Source of the DNA: Desulfobacterales bacterium
GTDB taxonomy: Bacteria > Desulfobacterota > Desulfobacteria > Desulfobacterales > UBA2174
Assembly: GCA_963668645.2 (NCBI GenBank)
Contig: CAXXWC010000020.1
Coordinates: 128,001-192,000, forward strand
Reading direction: 5' to 3'
DNA length: 64,000 nucleotides
This document shows positions 20,872-30,698 of the stretch, in pieces. The first letter of the stretch is position 1. Every line of letters begins with the position of its first letter. The notes under the pieces were generated by a model. The model had not been told where the DNA came from. It ran no database searches and saw only the letters and a program-made list of their open reading frames with translations. The position numbers and the translations under genes are program-made.

Positions 20872-22428
20872 ATGAAGCAAAGAAGTTGGGGGACGGTTCT
20901 TGTGGTTGGGCTCATGCTCATGCTGGCGGCGAAAACGGCCGGCGCCGATGCGCCGAAGTACGTGTTTTTCTTTCTGGGCGACGGGATGGGCAGCGCCCAG
21001 ATCCAGGCCACCGAGGCCTATCTGGCGACCCGCTACGCCGTCGATCAGGGCCTGCCGGCGGGGCCGAACGCCGGGGAACTGGATGCCGGGTACCTGCAGA
21101 AGCCTGAAAACCGGCTCCACATGAGCCGGATGCCGGTGGTGGGGATGCAGACCACTTACAGTGCCTTTGCCCTGCAGACCGATTCGGCCTCGGCGGCCAC
21201 CGCCTTCGCTTGCGGCTTAAAGACTCGCAGCGGCGTGATCGGCATGGACGACGCCAAAACCCGCAGCTACAAGAGCATCGCCCAGCTGGCCCACGAACAG
21301 GGCAGAAAGGTCGCCATCCTCAGCAGCGCGTCTTTGGATCATGCCACCCCGGCGGCCTACTATGCCAGCGTCGCCGACCGCAACAACATGAACGCCATCG
21401 CCTCCCAGCTGGCCGCCAGCGGCTACGCGTTTTTCGGCGGTGGGGGCCTGGCCGCACCCACGGCCCCCAAGACCGAAAGCGATACGCACAACGATGTATG
21501 GCAACGGTTGAAGGAAAATGGGTACAGCGTACTGAAAAAACGCTGTGAGATCCTGGCGGTGAAGGAAAAACCCGCGGATCGTGTGGTCTGCATCAACCCG
21601 GTTTTGGACCGCAACGCCGCCATGCCCTTTGCCATCGACAAGCCGGACGGGAATCTTTCCCTGGCCGAGATGACCGAGGTGGCCATCGAGACCCTTTACA
21701 AGGGCCAAAGCGGCGCCGAGGGCTTCTTTATCATGGTCGAGGGGGGCAAGATCGACTGGGCCTGCCATGCCAACGACGCCATGACGGCCATCGGCGACAT
21801 GATCGATTTGGACGACGCCGTGGACAGGGCGCTGGTCTTCTATGGGCGCCATCCCCAAGAAACGCTCATCGTCGTCACCGGGGACCATGAAACCGGCGGC
21901 ATGAGCGTCGGTCACGCCACAACAGGCTACAAGGCCCGCTACGATCGGCTGTTGGGACAAAAACAGAGTTTCGACGGTTTCCGGGCCGGCCGTTGGGCCG
22001 AGCACAAAGCCGCCAATGCCCAGGCTTGTCCCAGGGTCGGCGTAGCCGGTAGCCTGGCCGGCAACAAGGAGATGCGCGAGCTGATGGGATCGGTCTTCGG
22101 GCTCGAATGGGCGGATCTGAACGCCTACCAGAAAGAAAAACTCGAAGACGCCTACGCTGAATCCCTTTGCGGCACCAACGGCAACAGCGAAGCCGAAAAC
22201 GCCCTGCTCTACGGCGCAAACGAACCCATCGCCGTAACGATCACCCACATCCTCGACGAGCAGGCCGGCATCGGCTGGACCTCCTACGTCCATACCGGGG
22301 TTCCGGTTCCGGTCTTTGCCCAGGGGCGGGAAGCCGGGGTTTTCGCCGGGTTTTACGACAACACGGACATCGCCAAAAAGCTGGCCAGAGTGATGAACAT
22401 CAGCGAGGGGCTGCCGGTACCCAAATAG
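20872..22428 (+). CDS. Alkaline phosphatase (PhoA family), copy 1
   Basis: Signal peptide, GDGM, TDSAS nucleophile, HATPA, EGG.IDWACH.ND, GDHETGG, HTG. Confidence 0.93.
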   Translation: MKQRSWGTVLVVGLMLMLAAKTAGADAPKYVFFFLGDGMGSAQIQATEAYLATRYAVDQGLPAGPNAGELDAGYLQKPENRLHMSRMPVVGMQTTYSAFALQTDSASAATAFACGLKTRSGVIGMDDAKTRSYKSIAQLAHEQGRKVAILSSASLDHATPAAYYASVADRNNMNAIASQLAASGYAFFGGGGLAAPTAPKTESDTHNDVWQRLKENGYSVLKKRCEILAVKEKPADRVVCINPVLDRNAAMPFAIDKPDGNLSLAEMTEVAIETLYKGQSGAEGFFIMVEGGKIDWACHANDAMTAIGDMIDLDDAVDRALVFYGRHPQETLIVVTGDHETGGMSVGHATTGYKARYDRLLGQKQSFDGFRAGRWAEHKAANAQACPRVGVAGSLAGNKEMRELMGSVFGLEWADLNAYQKEKLEDAYAESLCGTNGNSEAENALLYGANEPIAVTITHILDEQAGIGWTSYVHTGVPVPVFAQGREAGVFAGFYDNTDIAKKLARVMNISEGLPVPK

Positions 22429-22491
22429 CTTGCAGGGGGAACCGGGGCCGCATTGTCATGCGGCGCTGCACCAGGCCGTGCACCGGTTTTT

Positions 22492-22788
22492 TCAATCCAT
22501 CGGATGGCGGCGCATTTGGGAGCGGGTACGCAGAGTGTCAAACAGGTGAAATTCTTCGGGAGGGATGCCGCTTGGTTTCACGCCGTAGCGCATGTAGTCG
22601 ATAAAGCGCTTCAGGTCCAGGGCGTAGCGGGTTCCCGGAGCCGGCTGCGGCGCACTCTGGCTGCGGTGCTTGTACATCATGCGCTCGGCCGCCGTGGCTT
22701 CGGCCTCGGCGATCATGACGATCTCTTCGTAATGCTTGTCTTTGACGGCTTGGACGAAATCGGAAATCTTGTGACTGTCGGCGATCAT
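22492..22788 (-). CDS. Hypothetical protein, 98 aa
   Basis: RBS GGAGA, host-like codon usage, natural-looking helical sequence. Confidence 0.65.
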   Translation of the reverse strand: MIADSHKISDFVQAVKDKHYEEIVMIAEAEATAAERMMYKHRSQSAPQPAPGTRYALDLKRFIDYMRYGVKPSGIPPEEFHLFDTLRTRSQMRRHPMD

Positions 22789-22913
22789 TGCATTTCTCCG
22801 CAGTAATAACGCATTCTTTTTTGGGTACCACCGGAAGCTTCCGCCTGCCTTGCCAAAGCTGCCATTATAAACGTGCTCTGGAGAGGGGCACCGCTACAAC
22901 CCTATGCGCGGAT

Positions 22914-22930
22914 TGTTAGAATTCGGTTAG
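22914..22930 (-). promoter_or_regulatory. Pho-box-like pair upstream of the 98-aa gene
   Basis: CTAACC-N5-CTAACA on minus strand. Confidence 0.4.
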
Positions 22931-22949
22931 TCGCCGCAGGTTTGTTCAA

Positions 22950-23315
22950 CATTTTTCATGATCGGTGACCGAGGGCCATCCGGACTGGCTTTGCGATCAG
23001 ATCAGCGACGCCATCGTCGATCAGTTCCTGGCCCAGGAACCCTATGCCCGGGTGCGGGCCGAATGCGCCGTGTCGCTCAGCTACAGCATCGGCATCACCG
23101 AACCGGTATCGCTGCAGGTGCAGACCATCGGCACGGGACGCATTCCGGACGATGCCATCACCAGCCTCGTGGCCGCCAACTTCGATTTGCGTCATCTGCC
23201 GGCCAGGAACCGGGGTCGCTTCTACCAGCTGCTTGCGGCCTACGGGCATTTCGGTCGCACCGATCTCGAACTGCCCTGGGAAAGGACCGACTGCGCGGAG
23301 GCGCTTAGGATGTAA
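22950..23315 (+). pseudogene. metK: Internally deleted S-adenosylmethionine synthetase remnant
   Basis: MetK N-terminus (SVTEGHPD..CDQISDA) joined in frame to C-terminus (YSIG..EPVS...GTG, FDLR, AAYGHFGR....PWE.TD). Confidence 0.85.
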
Positions 23316-23513
23316 GGATTGCTCTAAAAGGAAGGTGGCCGCTTGACACTGGCCGGATCCGGGGCGCGTTAGATCAGGGCGGCCAGCAGGGAGAGGCCGT
23401 TGGCTTCCAGGGACTTGCCGAGGGCCCAGCCGGCGAGGGCCCGGCCCATGGCGTGGCCGACCCTTTCCGCCGTCCGGTTCATGTAGGCCGCTGTTACGCC
23501 TCCTTTTTGACCT

Positions 23514-23801
23514 TTATGTATTTTTACAGCGCGGATAATTGGCGCAACGATAACGGATGTAATTCTGCTCATGCCTGTATACGTGCATCGGTAGGCGGCA
23601 GGCCGGGCACTCGGGCGTTGCGGCGGCGCGCGGCGCGCGGTGGCCGGCCACGAACTGGCGGCCGCACAGCAGGCATATGAATCGCTGTTTGCCGCTGGGT
23701 GCCTTGCCGTAACGGTTTACGGCTTGGGCGCTGCACCGCGGGCAAATAACCACGGGCGGGCACTTGGCCGTGATCTGCGTGGTGGCTTCGTTGGCTCGCA
23801 C
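23514..23801 (-). CDS. Small double zinc-ribbon protein (IS1 InsA-N-like + topoisomerase-C4-like); start uncertain
   Basis: CPRC...YGK..SGKQRF.C..CGRQF then CPAC...M...RC.NYP.C. Confidence 0.7.
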   Translation of the reverse strand: MRANEATTQITAKCPPVVICPRCSAQAVNRYGKAPSGKQRFICLLCGRQFVAGHRAPRAAATPECPACRLPMHVYRHEQNYIRYRCANYPRCKNT

Positions 23802-23835
23802 ACCGGCCGCATCGGCGGCCCGTGCTAGAAATTCG

Positions 23836-25689
23836 TTATGGCGCGACGAGTTGTCGGTTAACCGTTTTTTGGGCCGTAAAAGCCGATAATTCCTCGGGCA
23901 GGATCGCACCGGCGGTTTCGCAATAACTCAAGACGCCCAGGCAAAGACCGGACGGACTTTTTTTGGCCGTTTTTTTGAGCGAAGCCATGATTCGGCTCAA
24001 CGTTTCGATGGAACGGCAATCCCGCGCCCCGGCAGGAAGGTGCAGCAGCACGGTGCTGGCCCTGAGAAAAGGCAGCCGCAGCTTGCGGCCGTCACGGTCC
24101 GAAGCCTCGAGAAAGCCTTGGCGGATCGTTTCAGCATCGTAAAAGCTTTCCGCGTCGCGCGTGAATCGGGCGCTGAGCGCCGTGATGCGCGCGATCAAAT
24201 GCTCCAGGGGTATGTTTGACTGGAGGCCGAGGAAAAAATCGTCGCCGCCGATGTGACCGGCCATGCCTCCGGTTTCCTGGGCCAGTGTGCGCAGCAGTTC
24301 GGCAAAACGCAGGATGATGCGGTCGCCCTGGCGAAATCCGTATCGATCGTTGAAGGGTTTGAAATTGTCAAAATCGAAGTAGGCCAAATCATAGGCATTG
24401 GCGTCATCGCCCAGGGCCTTGCTCACAAACTCATAAATCGAGATGTTTCCCGGCAGCCGGGAAAGCGGATTCTGGTCCCGGGCCGCCACCAGGTTTTTTT
24501 CGTGAATGACCCGCAGCAGGGACGGCGGGCTGAGGAATCCCCGGTAGCGCATATCCTCGACGATCAGGATCCCTTCGAAGGCGGCGTTCTGGGAATAGAT
24601 TTCCAGGATTTTCTCCACCGGAGTGCGGATGTCGGCTATGGGCACCCTGCGGATGAAGCGGGCGATGCTCCCCCCGTAGGCCGGATTATGAAGCAGCTCC
24701 TGGCCGAAGCGCGAATAGGTGTAAGGTTTCAGGTCGCTTTCGCGCACGATTCCCAAAGGTTCGTCATTGGTGTCGATAACGGGTAAAAAATCGAGATCCC
24801 GGCTTTCCTTGAAGGCGTGGCAGATATCCAGGACGCTGATATCGTGGCGCACCGGCGAGGGCTGGGTCATGTTTGAAGAGATGCGAAGGCTATCCTCGCT
24901 GCTCCGGCCACGCCGTTCGGGGGCATTGAGCGCTTCGATGATGCCATAGCGCTCTTTGAGGGTGCCGGCGTCAAGAATGGGCCGCGCCACGAGAAATCCC
25001 TGTATCAGATCGCAGCCGATATCCCGGCAGGCAGTATATTCCTCCTTGGTCTCCACGCCTTCGGCGATTACCTGGCTGCCGATGATATGGGCGATGTTGA
25101 CGATGCTGGAAACGAAAAGCCGCTTCTTGGAATCTTTGGCAATTTCCTGGACAAAGAAACGATCGATTTTAAGAAAGTCGGGCTCGGCGATGTAGAGCAG
25201 TTTGAGGCCCGAAAAGCCGGCCCCGAAGTCGTCCACGGCGATCCGGAAACCTTGGCGGCGGTAAGCGGCCAGCAGGTCGGTCATTTCGCGGCTGGGAAAA
25301 ATTTCGTGCTTTTCACTGATCTCAAAGCAGATCCGTTCATGGTTCAAGCCATAGCGGCAAAGGATGCGCCCGGTTTCACCGGGCGTATAATCGCGTGAGC
25401 AGAGCAGCCGGTTGTCGAGGTTGAAAAAGAGCTTGGACCGGCCGTTGGCAATGGCAGCGAATTTGCGGATGGCGATTTCCCGCAGCCGCAGGTCGACCTG
25501 GTGCAGTACCCCCCTTGCAGCGGCGGCATCCAGAAATTGTTGAATGGATGTAAAGCCGGCCTCATCGACTCCCCTCAACAAGGCCTCGTACCCGTAGCAG
25601 TCTCCCGAGTAGATGTTCACGATGGGCTGCAGGGCGTAGTCCAGGCAGTCCAGCGCGTTTAGCCAGAAACGATCGTCCAGAGGCACCAT
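23836..25689 (-). CDS. EAL + CBS-like + GGDEF c-di-GMP enzyme
   Basis: QPIV, EALLR, DDFG.G, KID, EGVET; NPLS.LPGN, D.DNFK.FND.YG...GD, GGDDF. Confidence 0.92.
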   Translation of the reverse strand: MVPLDDRFWLNALDCLDYALQPIVNIYSGDCYGYEALLRGVDEAGFTSIQQFLDAAAARGVLHQVDLRLREIAIRKFAAIANGRSKLFFNLDNRLLCSRDYTPGETGRILCRYGLNHERICFEISEKHEIFPSREMTDLLAAYRRQGFRIAVDDFGAGFSGLKLLYIAEPDFLKIDRFFVQEIAKDSKKRLFVSSIVNIAHIIGSQVIAEGVETKEEYTACRDIGCDLIQGFLVARPILDAGTLKERYGIIEALNAPERRGRSSEDSLRISSNMTQPSPVRHDISVLDICHAFKESRDLDFLPVIDTNDEPLGIVRESDLKPYTYSRFGQELLHNPAYGGSIARFIRRVPIADIRTPVEKILEIYSQNAAFEGILIVEDMRYRGFLSPPSLLRVIHEKNLVAARDQNPLSRLPGNISIYEFVSKALGDDANAYDLAYFDFDNFKPFNDRYGFRQGDRIILRFAELLRTLAQETGGMAGHIGGDDFFLGLQSNIPLEHLIARITALSARFTRDAESFYDAETIRQGFLEASDRDGRKLRLPFLRASTVLLHLPAGARDCRSIETLSRIMASLKKTAKKSPSGLCLGVLSYCETAGAILPEELSAFTAQKTVNRQLVAP

Positions 25690-25731
25690 CGGGTGGCGGT
25701 ATCCTTTCCAGAACCTTTTTTACAGAAAATG

Positions 25732-25788
25732 AAATTAATCGGGCCGAATGGTTCGGTTTCGGTGAAGCCGGCGTTAAAATAATGTCAG
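25732..25788 (-). promoter_or_regulatory. Pho-box-like array plus -10 for the EAL-GGDEF gene
   Basis: CTGACA/TTAACG/TTCACC/CGAACC at 11-bp period; TAATTT 12 nt later. Confidence 0.5.
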
Positions 25789-25855
25789 CGCGAAACGATA
25801 AAGCGTGTCGCGCGCCGCCGCGAGCGGCAGGAACGGAAAGAGCAGATCCGGCCGC

Positions 25856-25894
25856 CTAGCACAAATTTAGCCCCCCCATCGTTACTTTCTAACT
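25856..25894 (+). promoter_or_regulatory. Pho-box-like array for the PHP-GT4 cluster
   Basis: CTAGCA (25856), TTAGCC (25867), CTAACT (25889) in 11-bp register. Confidence 0.35.
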
Positions 25895-25985
25895 TCTCCA
25901 TGGTCCTTTGGCGCAACGCCTGATGCCGGATCCCTCGGTCACCGGGTGCCCCTGAAAGGTTGCCAAGACGCCAAAGGAGAGAGCA

Positions 25986-28426
25986 ATGAAGATCGATCTG
26001 CATGTGCACTCGCGTTTTTCCACGCGCCCCTCGGCCTGGATTCTCAAACAGATCGGCACTCCGGAAAGCTTCACCCAGCCGCTGCAGATCTACCGCATCG
26101 CCCGCCGCCGGGGGATGAACTGGGTGACCATCTGCGACCACAACCGCATCGAGGGGGCATTGGAGATCGCCCACCTGCCCCAGACCTTTGTCAGCGAGGA
26201 GGTCACCACCTACTTTCCCGAGGACCGCTGCAAGGTCCACGTACTGGCCTTCAACATCACCGAGGCCCAGCATCGCCAGATCCAGAAGGCGCGCGAGAAC
26301 ATCTTCGAGCTGAGCGCGCTGCTGCGCGCCGAGAAGATCTGCCACGCCCTGGCCCACCCCCTCTATCCGGTCAACGACCGGCTGACCCCGGTCCATTTCG
26401 AGAAGCTTTTGCTGCTCTTTCGCTGCTTCGAACTCAACGGGGCGCGCAACGACGAAACCAACGCCTGTTTGCAGCGGATCCTCGAATCGCTCAAACCTTG
26501 CGATCTCGAGCGCATGGCCGAGCGCCACAAGATGAGCCCCGCGGATCCGGACCCCTGGCGCAAGGTGGTGACCGGCGGCTCGGACGACCACAGCGGGCTG
26601 AACATCGCCCGGACCTACACTGTGGTTCCCGGCGCCGCATCGGTGGACGAACTGCTGGGCGGGATTGGAGCCGGCCGCGCCCGGGTGGTCCGCCAGCCCT
26701 CGACCCCCCGGACTCTGGCCCACAATCTCTACGGCATCGCCTACCAGTTTTACCGCAGCAAGCTGCATCTGGAACAGCATGTCCACCGGGACCGGCTGCT
26801 CGGTTTCGTGGACCGCTGCCTCAATCCCGAACCGGAGCCGATCCACCGGGGCGTGATGTCCCGTTTGTACTATTTCATGCCCCAGCGGCGCCGGGCCAGA
26901 GCGACGCGCGACATGTCCGACACCCTGCTGAACCTGCTGCGCCAGGAAACCTGGCGCTTGCTGGAAGATGCACCCGAACTGATGCAGCAGGCCGTCCGGG
27001 GGACCGGCGAAGGAGAGTCCAACGAGCGCATCTGGTTCGATTTCGCCAGCCAGGCGGCCAACCGTATGCTCCAGAGTTTCGCCGGTAACATCGTGCGCCA
27101 GCTCAACGGCGTCCGGGTCTTCAACGTTTTTCAGACCCTCGGTTCGGCCGGCGGCATGTACACCCTGCTGGCCCCCTATTTCATCGCCTATTCCCTGTTC
27201 ATGCGCGACCGGTGTTTTGTCCGGCAGGTCGAGGCCCACTTCGGGGCCCCGGCGGCAGCCCCCGATCCGCAGGCGGTGCATGTGGCCCACTTCACCGACA
27301 CTTTCTTCGAGGTCAACGGGGTGGCGCTCACCTTGCGCCAGCAGGTCTCCACGGCCCGCGAAGACGGTCTGGCCTACACCCTGGTGACCTGCGATGACCA
27401 GGACCGGCCGGCCCAGGACGGGATCGTCCTTTTCAAGCCGGTGGCCGCCTACGCCCTGCCCGAGTACCCCGAACAGAAGCTGTTCGTGCCGCCCCTGCTG
27501 GAGATGCTCGATTTTTGCTACAGCGGCGCGTCAGCCAGATCCACGTGGCCACGCCCGGCCCGGTGGGGATGGCGGCCCTGGCGGTGGCCCGGATGCTCAA
27601 GCTGCCCGTCTCGGGCACGTATCACACCCAGCTGCCCCAGTATGCGCGGCAGTTGACCGGCGACGACCTGATCCAGGATCTGGTCTGGAAATACACTGTC
27701 TGGTTTTACGATCAGATGGACTGCATTTACGCCCCGAGTCAAAGCACGCGCCAGGAACTCGTCCAGCGGGGGATCCGGCCCGAAAAGATTCACTGCTACC
27801 CGCGGGGCATCGACACCCGGCGTTTTCACCCGGCCAAGCGCAACGGTTTTTTCACCCAGCGCTACGGGATCGCCGCTCCGGTCAAGATCCTTTACGTGGG
27901 GCGGGTGTCGAAGGAAAAAAACCTGCCGCTGCTCGCCGAGGCCTTCGACGGCCTGGCGGCCCGGCGCGGCGATATCCATCTGGTGGTGGTGGGCGACGGC
28001 CCCTATCTGCCGGCCATGCAGCAGCGGCTGGAGGGCAGGCCGTGCACCTTTACCGGCTATCTGGACGGCGAGGATCTGGCCCTGGCATACGCCTCGGCCG
28101 ATATCTTCGTTTTTCCCAGCACGACGGACACCTTCGGCAACGTTGTGCTCGAGGCCCAGGCTTCCGGGCTGCCGGTGATCGTGTCCGATCAGGGCGGGCC
28201 GGCCGAGAACGTCAGGCCCGGGCAGACCGGCCTGGTGATTGCGGCCGAGACCCACGGGCCGTTGCAAGCCGCTATGCGCCAGTTGGCCGAAGACGCGCCC
28301 CTGCGCCGCCGCATGGGCCTCCAGGCCCGCGCGGCCATGGAAAAGCGGACCTTTTCCGAAGCTTTTCAGCAGACCTGGCAGATGTATGAAACCCTTGAAT
28401 CGACCCGGCCGGCGGTGGTCGCCTAG
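25986..28426 (+). CDS. PHP-domain + GT4 glycosyltransferase fusion, frameshifted near 27521 as read
   Basis: PHP DLHVHS, DHN, SEE, HP, GSDDH; GT4 TDTF.EVNGV, TPGP.G, YHT, VGRVSKEK, DTFGNVVLEA; one added C at TAC[C]AG joins ORFs 25986 and 27515. Confidence 0.85.
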
Positions 28427-28462
28427 GCCGGGTCGAAACCGAAATTCAGATCGAGGACAGAC

Positions 28463-28717
28463 ATGGTTCCGGATAAAAAAGAGATCAAACGCTTGATTCT
28501 GGGGCGCTTTCGCGTACTTGAACCCGAAACGGACTACCGCCTGCCCCGGCGCTGGGTCGAAGACTGGTGTCTGCGCGCCACGGGGCCCAAAGAGCGTCCG
28601 GTGGTCCAGGAGGCGGTGGGCGATCTGGTGGCCATCGGCATCCTGGACGAAGTCCAGCGCGGAATGGGCCAGCTGGAGCTGACGGAGATGGGCGCCCGGC
28701 TGATTCTGCGGGATTGA
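28463..28717 (+). CDS. Small hypothetical protein, possibly winged-helix
   Basis: RBS GAGGA; A..DL...G.L...LT..G pattern; inside operon. Confidence 0.55.
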   Translation: MVPDKKEIKRLILGRFRVLEPETDYRLPRRWVEDWCLRATGPKERPVVQEAVGDLVAIGILDEVQRGMGQLELTEMGARLILRD

Positions 28718-28719
28718 AC

Positions 28720-30044
28720 ATGGCCTGTGCATCCGCAGAAAATAGAGTCACCCAAAGACCGCTTCCGCTGGTTGCCTTGGCCGGCAGCCTGGCGGCCGGC
28801 AGCGTGCCGGGGCAGCTCGTGATCCAGCTGACCGATCACTGCAACGCCCGCTGTCCCCAATGCGGGATGCGGGCCACGCAAACCTTTGCCCGCCATCGGC
28901 TGCCGTTGGACCGGGTACGGGCCATCCTGGACGCCGCCGCGGCCCGGGGCGTGGGCGCGGTCTCGTTTACCGGCGGCGAACCGTTTTTGTTTTTTGACGA
29001 TCTGGTGGACCTGATCGGTTATGCCGCCGGGCCGGGATTCCCATGATCCGCACCGGCACCAACGGGTTCTGGCTTCGGCCGGGAGCCGGCGGCGCAATTG
29101 CCGACCGGGTCGAGCGGATGGCCGCCCGCCTGGCCGCCACGCCCCTCAGGAACCTGTGGATCAGCATCGATTCGGCCGATGCGGCCACCCACGAGCGGAT
29201 GCGCGGATTTCCGGACTTGATCCGGGCCATCGAAAAGGCCCTGCCCATCTTTCATCGCTACGGAATCTATCCGTCGGCCAACCTGGGCCTCAACCGCAAC
29301 CTGGCCGGTCCCAAATTCACCGCCTGGCAAAATGACCAGGTCCATCGCGCCGGGGATCTGGACTATCTCGAGGCCTTTGGCGACGGGTACCGCCTGGCCC
29401 TGGAACGGTTCTACCGGTTCGTCGAGGCCCTGGGCTTTACCATGGTCAACACCTGCTACCCGATGAGCATGCCCGAAGGACCCGAAGGCCGGGGGCTCGA
29501 CCCGGTCTACGCCGCGGCGGCCGCCGATCGGGTGGTGCGCTTCGAGCAAACGGAAAAGGCGGTCCTTTTTGGCGTTCTTTCCGAGACCATCGCCGCCTGG
29601 CGCAGCCGACTGCGCATCTTCACCCCGCGCAGCGCCCTATACCATCTGCGACGGCAGTATGCCGGCGACGGCCCGGGCGGATACGCCTGCCGGGGCGGGG
29701 TCGATTTCTTCTTTGTCGATGCCCGCGACGGGCTGACATATCCTTGCGGGTACCGCGGCGGTGATTGCCTGGGCGAATTCGGCCGGCAACGGATCCTTCT
29801 TGCATGCACCGAATGCCGCCGCTGCGATTGGGAATGCTTCCGGGATCCGTCCGAACTGTTCGGCCCCCTGCTGGCCGCCCGCCGCCGGCCCCTGGAGCTG
29901 GTGGACCAGCTGCGCCGGGAGCCGGAGTTTTTCAGCCTGTGGCGTGGCGATCTGAACTATTACCGGGCCTGCGACTGGTTCGACGGGCGGCGGCCCCCCG
30001 ATTTTCAGCGCCTCAGACGCGCGGCCCGCCGGCCCGGTGCCTGA
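28720..30044 (+). CDS. Radical SAM protein with Cys-rich C-terminal (SPASM-like) region, frameshifted near 29027 as read
   Basis: CNARCPQC, FTGGEP, then GTNG, ISIDS, HE.MRG, C.GG...DG..YPC, C..C..EC; one added C gives YAARAGIPMIRTGTNG. Confidence 0.85.
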
Positions 30045-30501
30045 TCCATTGAGCGGCGGATCCGCTCTGGCCGTCTACGGCTACGGCGCCCTTTTTTTCG
30101 GCACCATTATCGAGGGCGAAACCTTCCTGCTGGGTGCCGCCGTGCTGGCGGTGATGGGCTATCTGGACTGGCCCCAGGTGATCGTCTCAGCCTTTGCCGG
30201 TGCCTACCTCGGGGACCAGGTCTTTTTTCACCTCGGCCGGCTCGGCAGGGCGTTGCCGTTGAAACCCGCGCCGGTGTGGCAGCGGCGCCTGGAGCGGGCC
30301 AAACGCCTCCTGGACGGCCACCGGCTCAAGATCCTGATCGGGTACCGCTTCCTTTACGGGCTGCGCGCCGCCATTCCCTTTGCCATCGGCGCGTCGGGGT
30401 TCCGGGTGCCCTCGTTTATGATCCTTTCGGGCATCGGGGCCCTGGCCTGGGTGGCGGTCAACTGCCTGGCTGGAACGATTCTGGCTGCCTGCTGGCGTTA
30501 G
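30037..30501 (+). CDS. DedA family membrane protein
   Basis: EGE, GD...F.LGR, RF.YGLR..IP...G. Confidence 0.88.
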   Translation: MPDPLSGGSALAVYGYGALFFGTIIEGETFLLGAAVLAVMGYLDWPQVIVSAFAGAYLGDQVFFHLGRLGRALPLKPAPVWQRRLERAKRLLDGHRLKILIGYRFLYGLRAAIPFAIGASGFRVPSFMILSGIGALAWVAVNCLAGTILAACWR

Positions 30502-30557
30502 GTGCGGCGGCCGGATTCAGGTGCCGAACAGCAGCCGGATAGAACAGCAGCAGGTTG

Positions 30558-30611
30558 CTAACCATGATCTAATTTCCCCCTCACCAAATCCTCAAACAGA
30601 CTCTATATAAA
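30558..30611 (+). promoter_or_regulatory. Four-unit Pho-box-like array plus -10 for the phosphonate operon
   Basis: CTAACC/CTAATT/CTCACC/CTCAAA at 30558, 30569, 30580, 30591; TATAAA at 30606. Confidence 0.6.
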
Positions 30612-30698
30612 CCCTGCTTCGGGCGATCCGGCTGCGGCCAATCGAGCCGATTGATCGTTTTGACAATCCATCAAAAACAAAAAAAGGAGAACTGTGGG

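Noticed and set aside
23369..23482. 37-aa hydrophobic ORF (MNRTAERVGH...)
   Set aside because: Long RBS spacing and no recognisable family; could be a remnant but is unsupported
23514..23909. Intact IS1 element
   Set aside because: No DDE/InsB region or terminal inverted repeats found
29044..29046. Selenocysteine readthrough of TGA in the radical SAM gene
   Set aside because: The continuation is in a different frame; a 1-nt indel explains it
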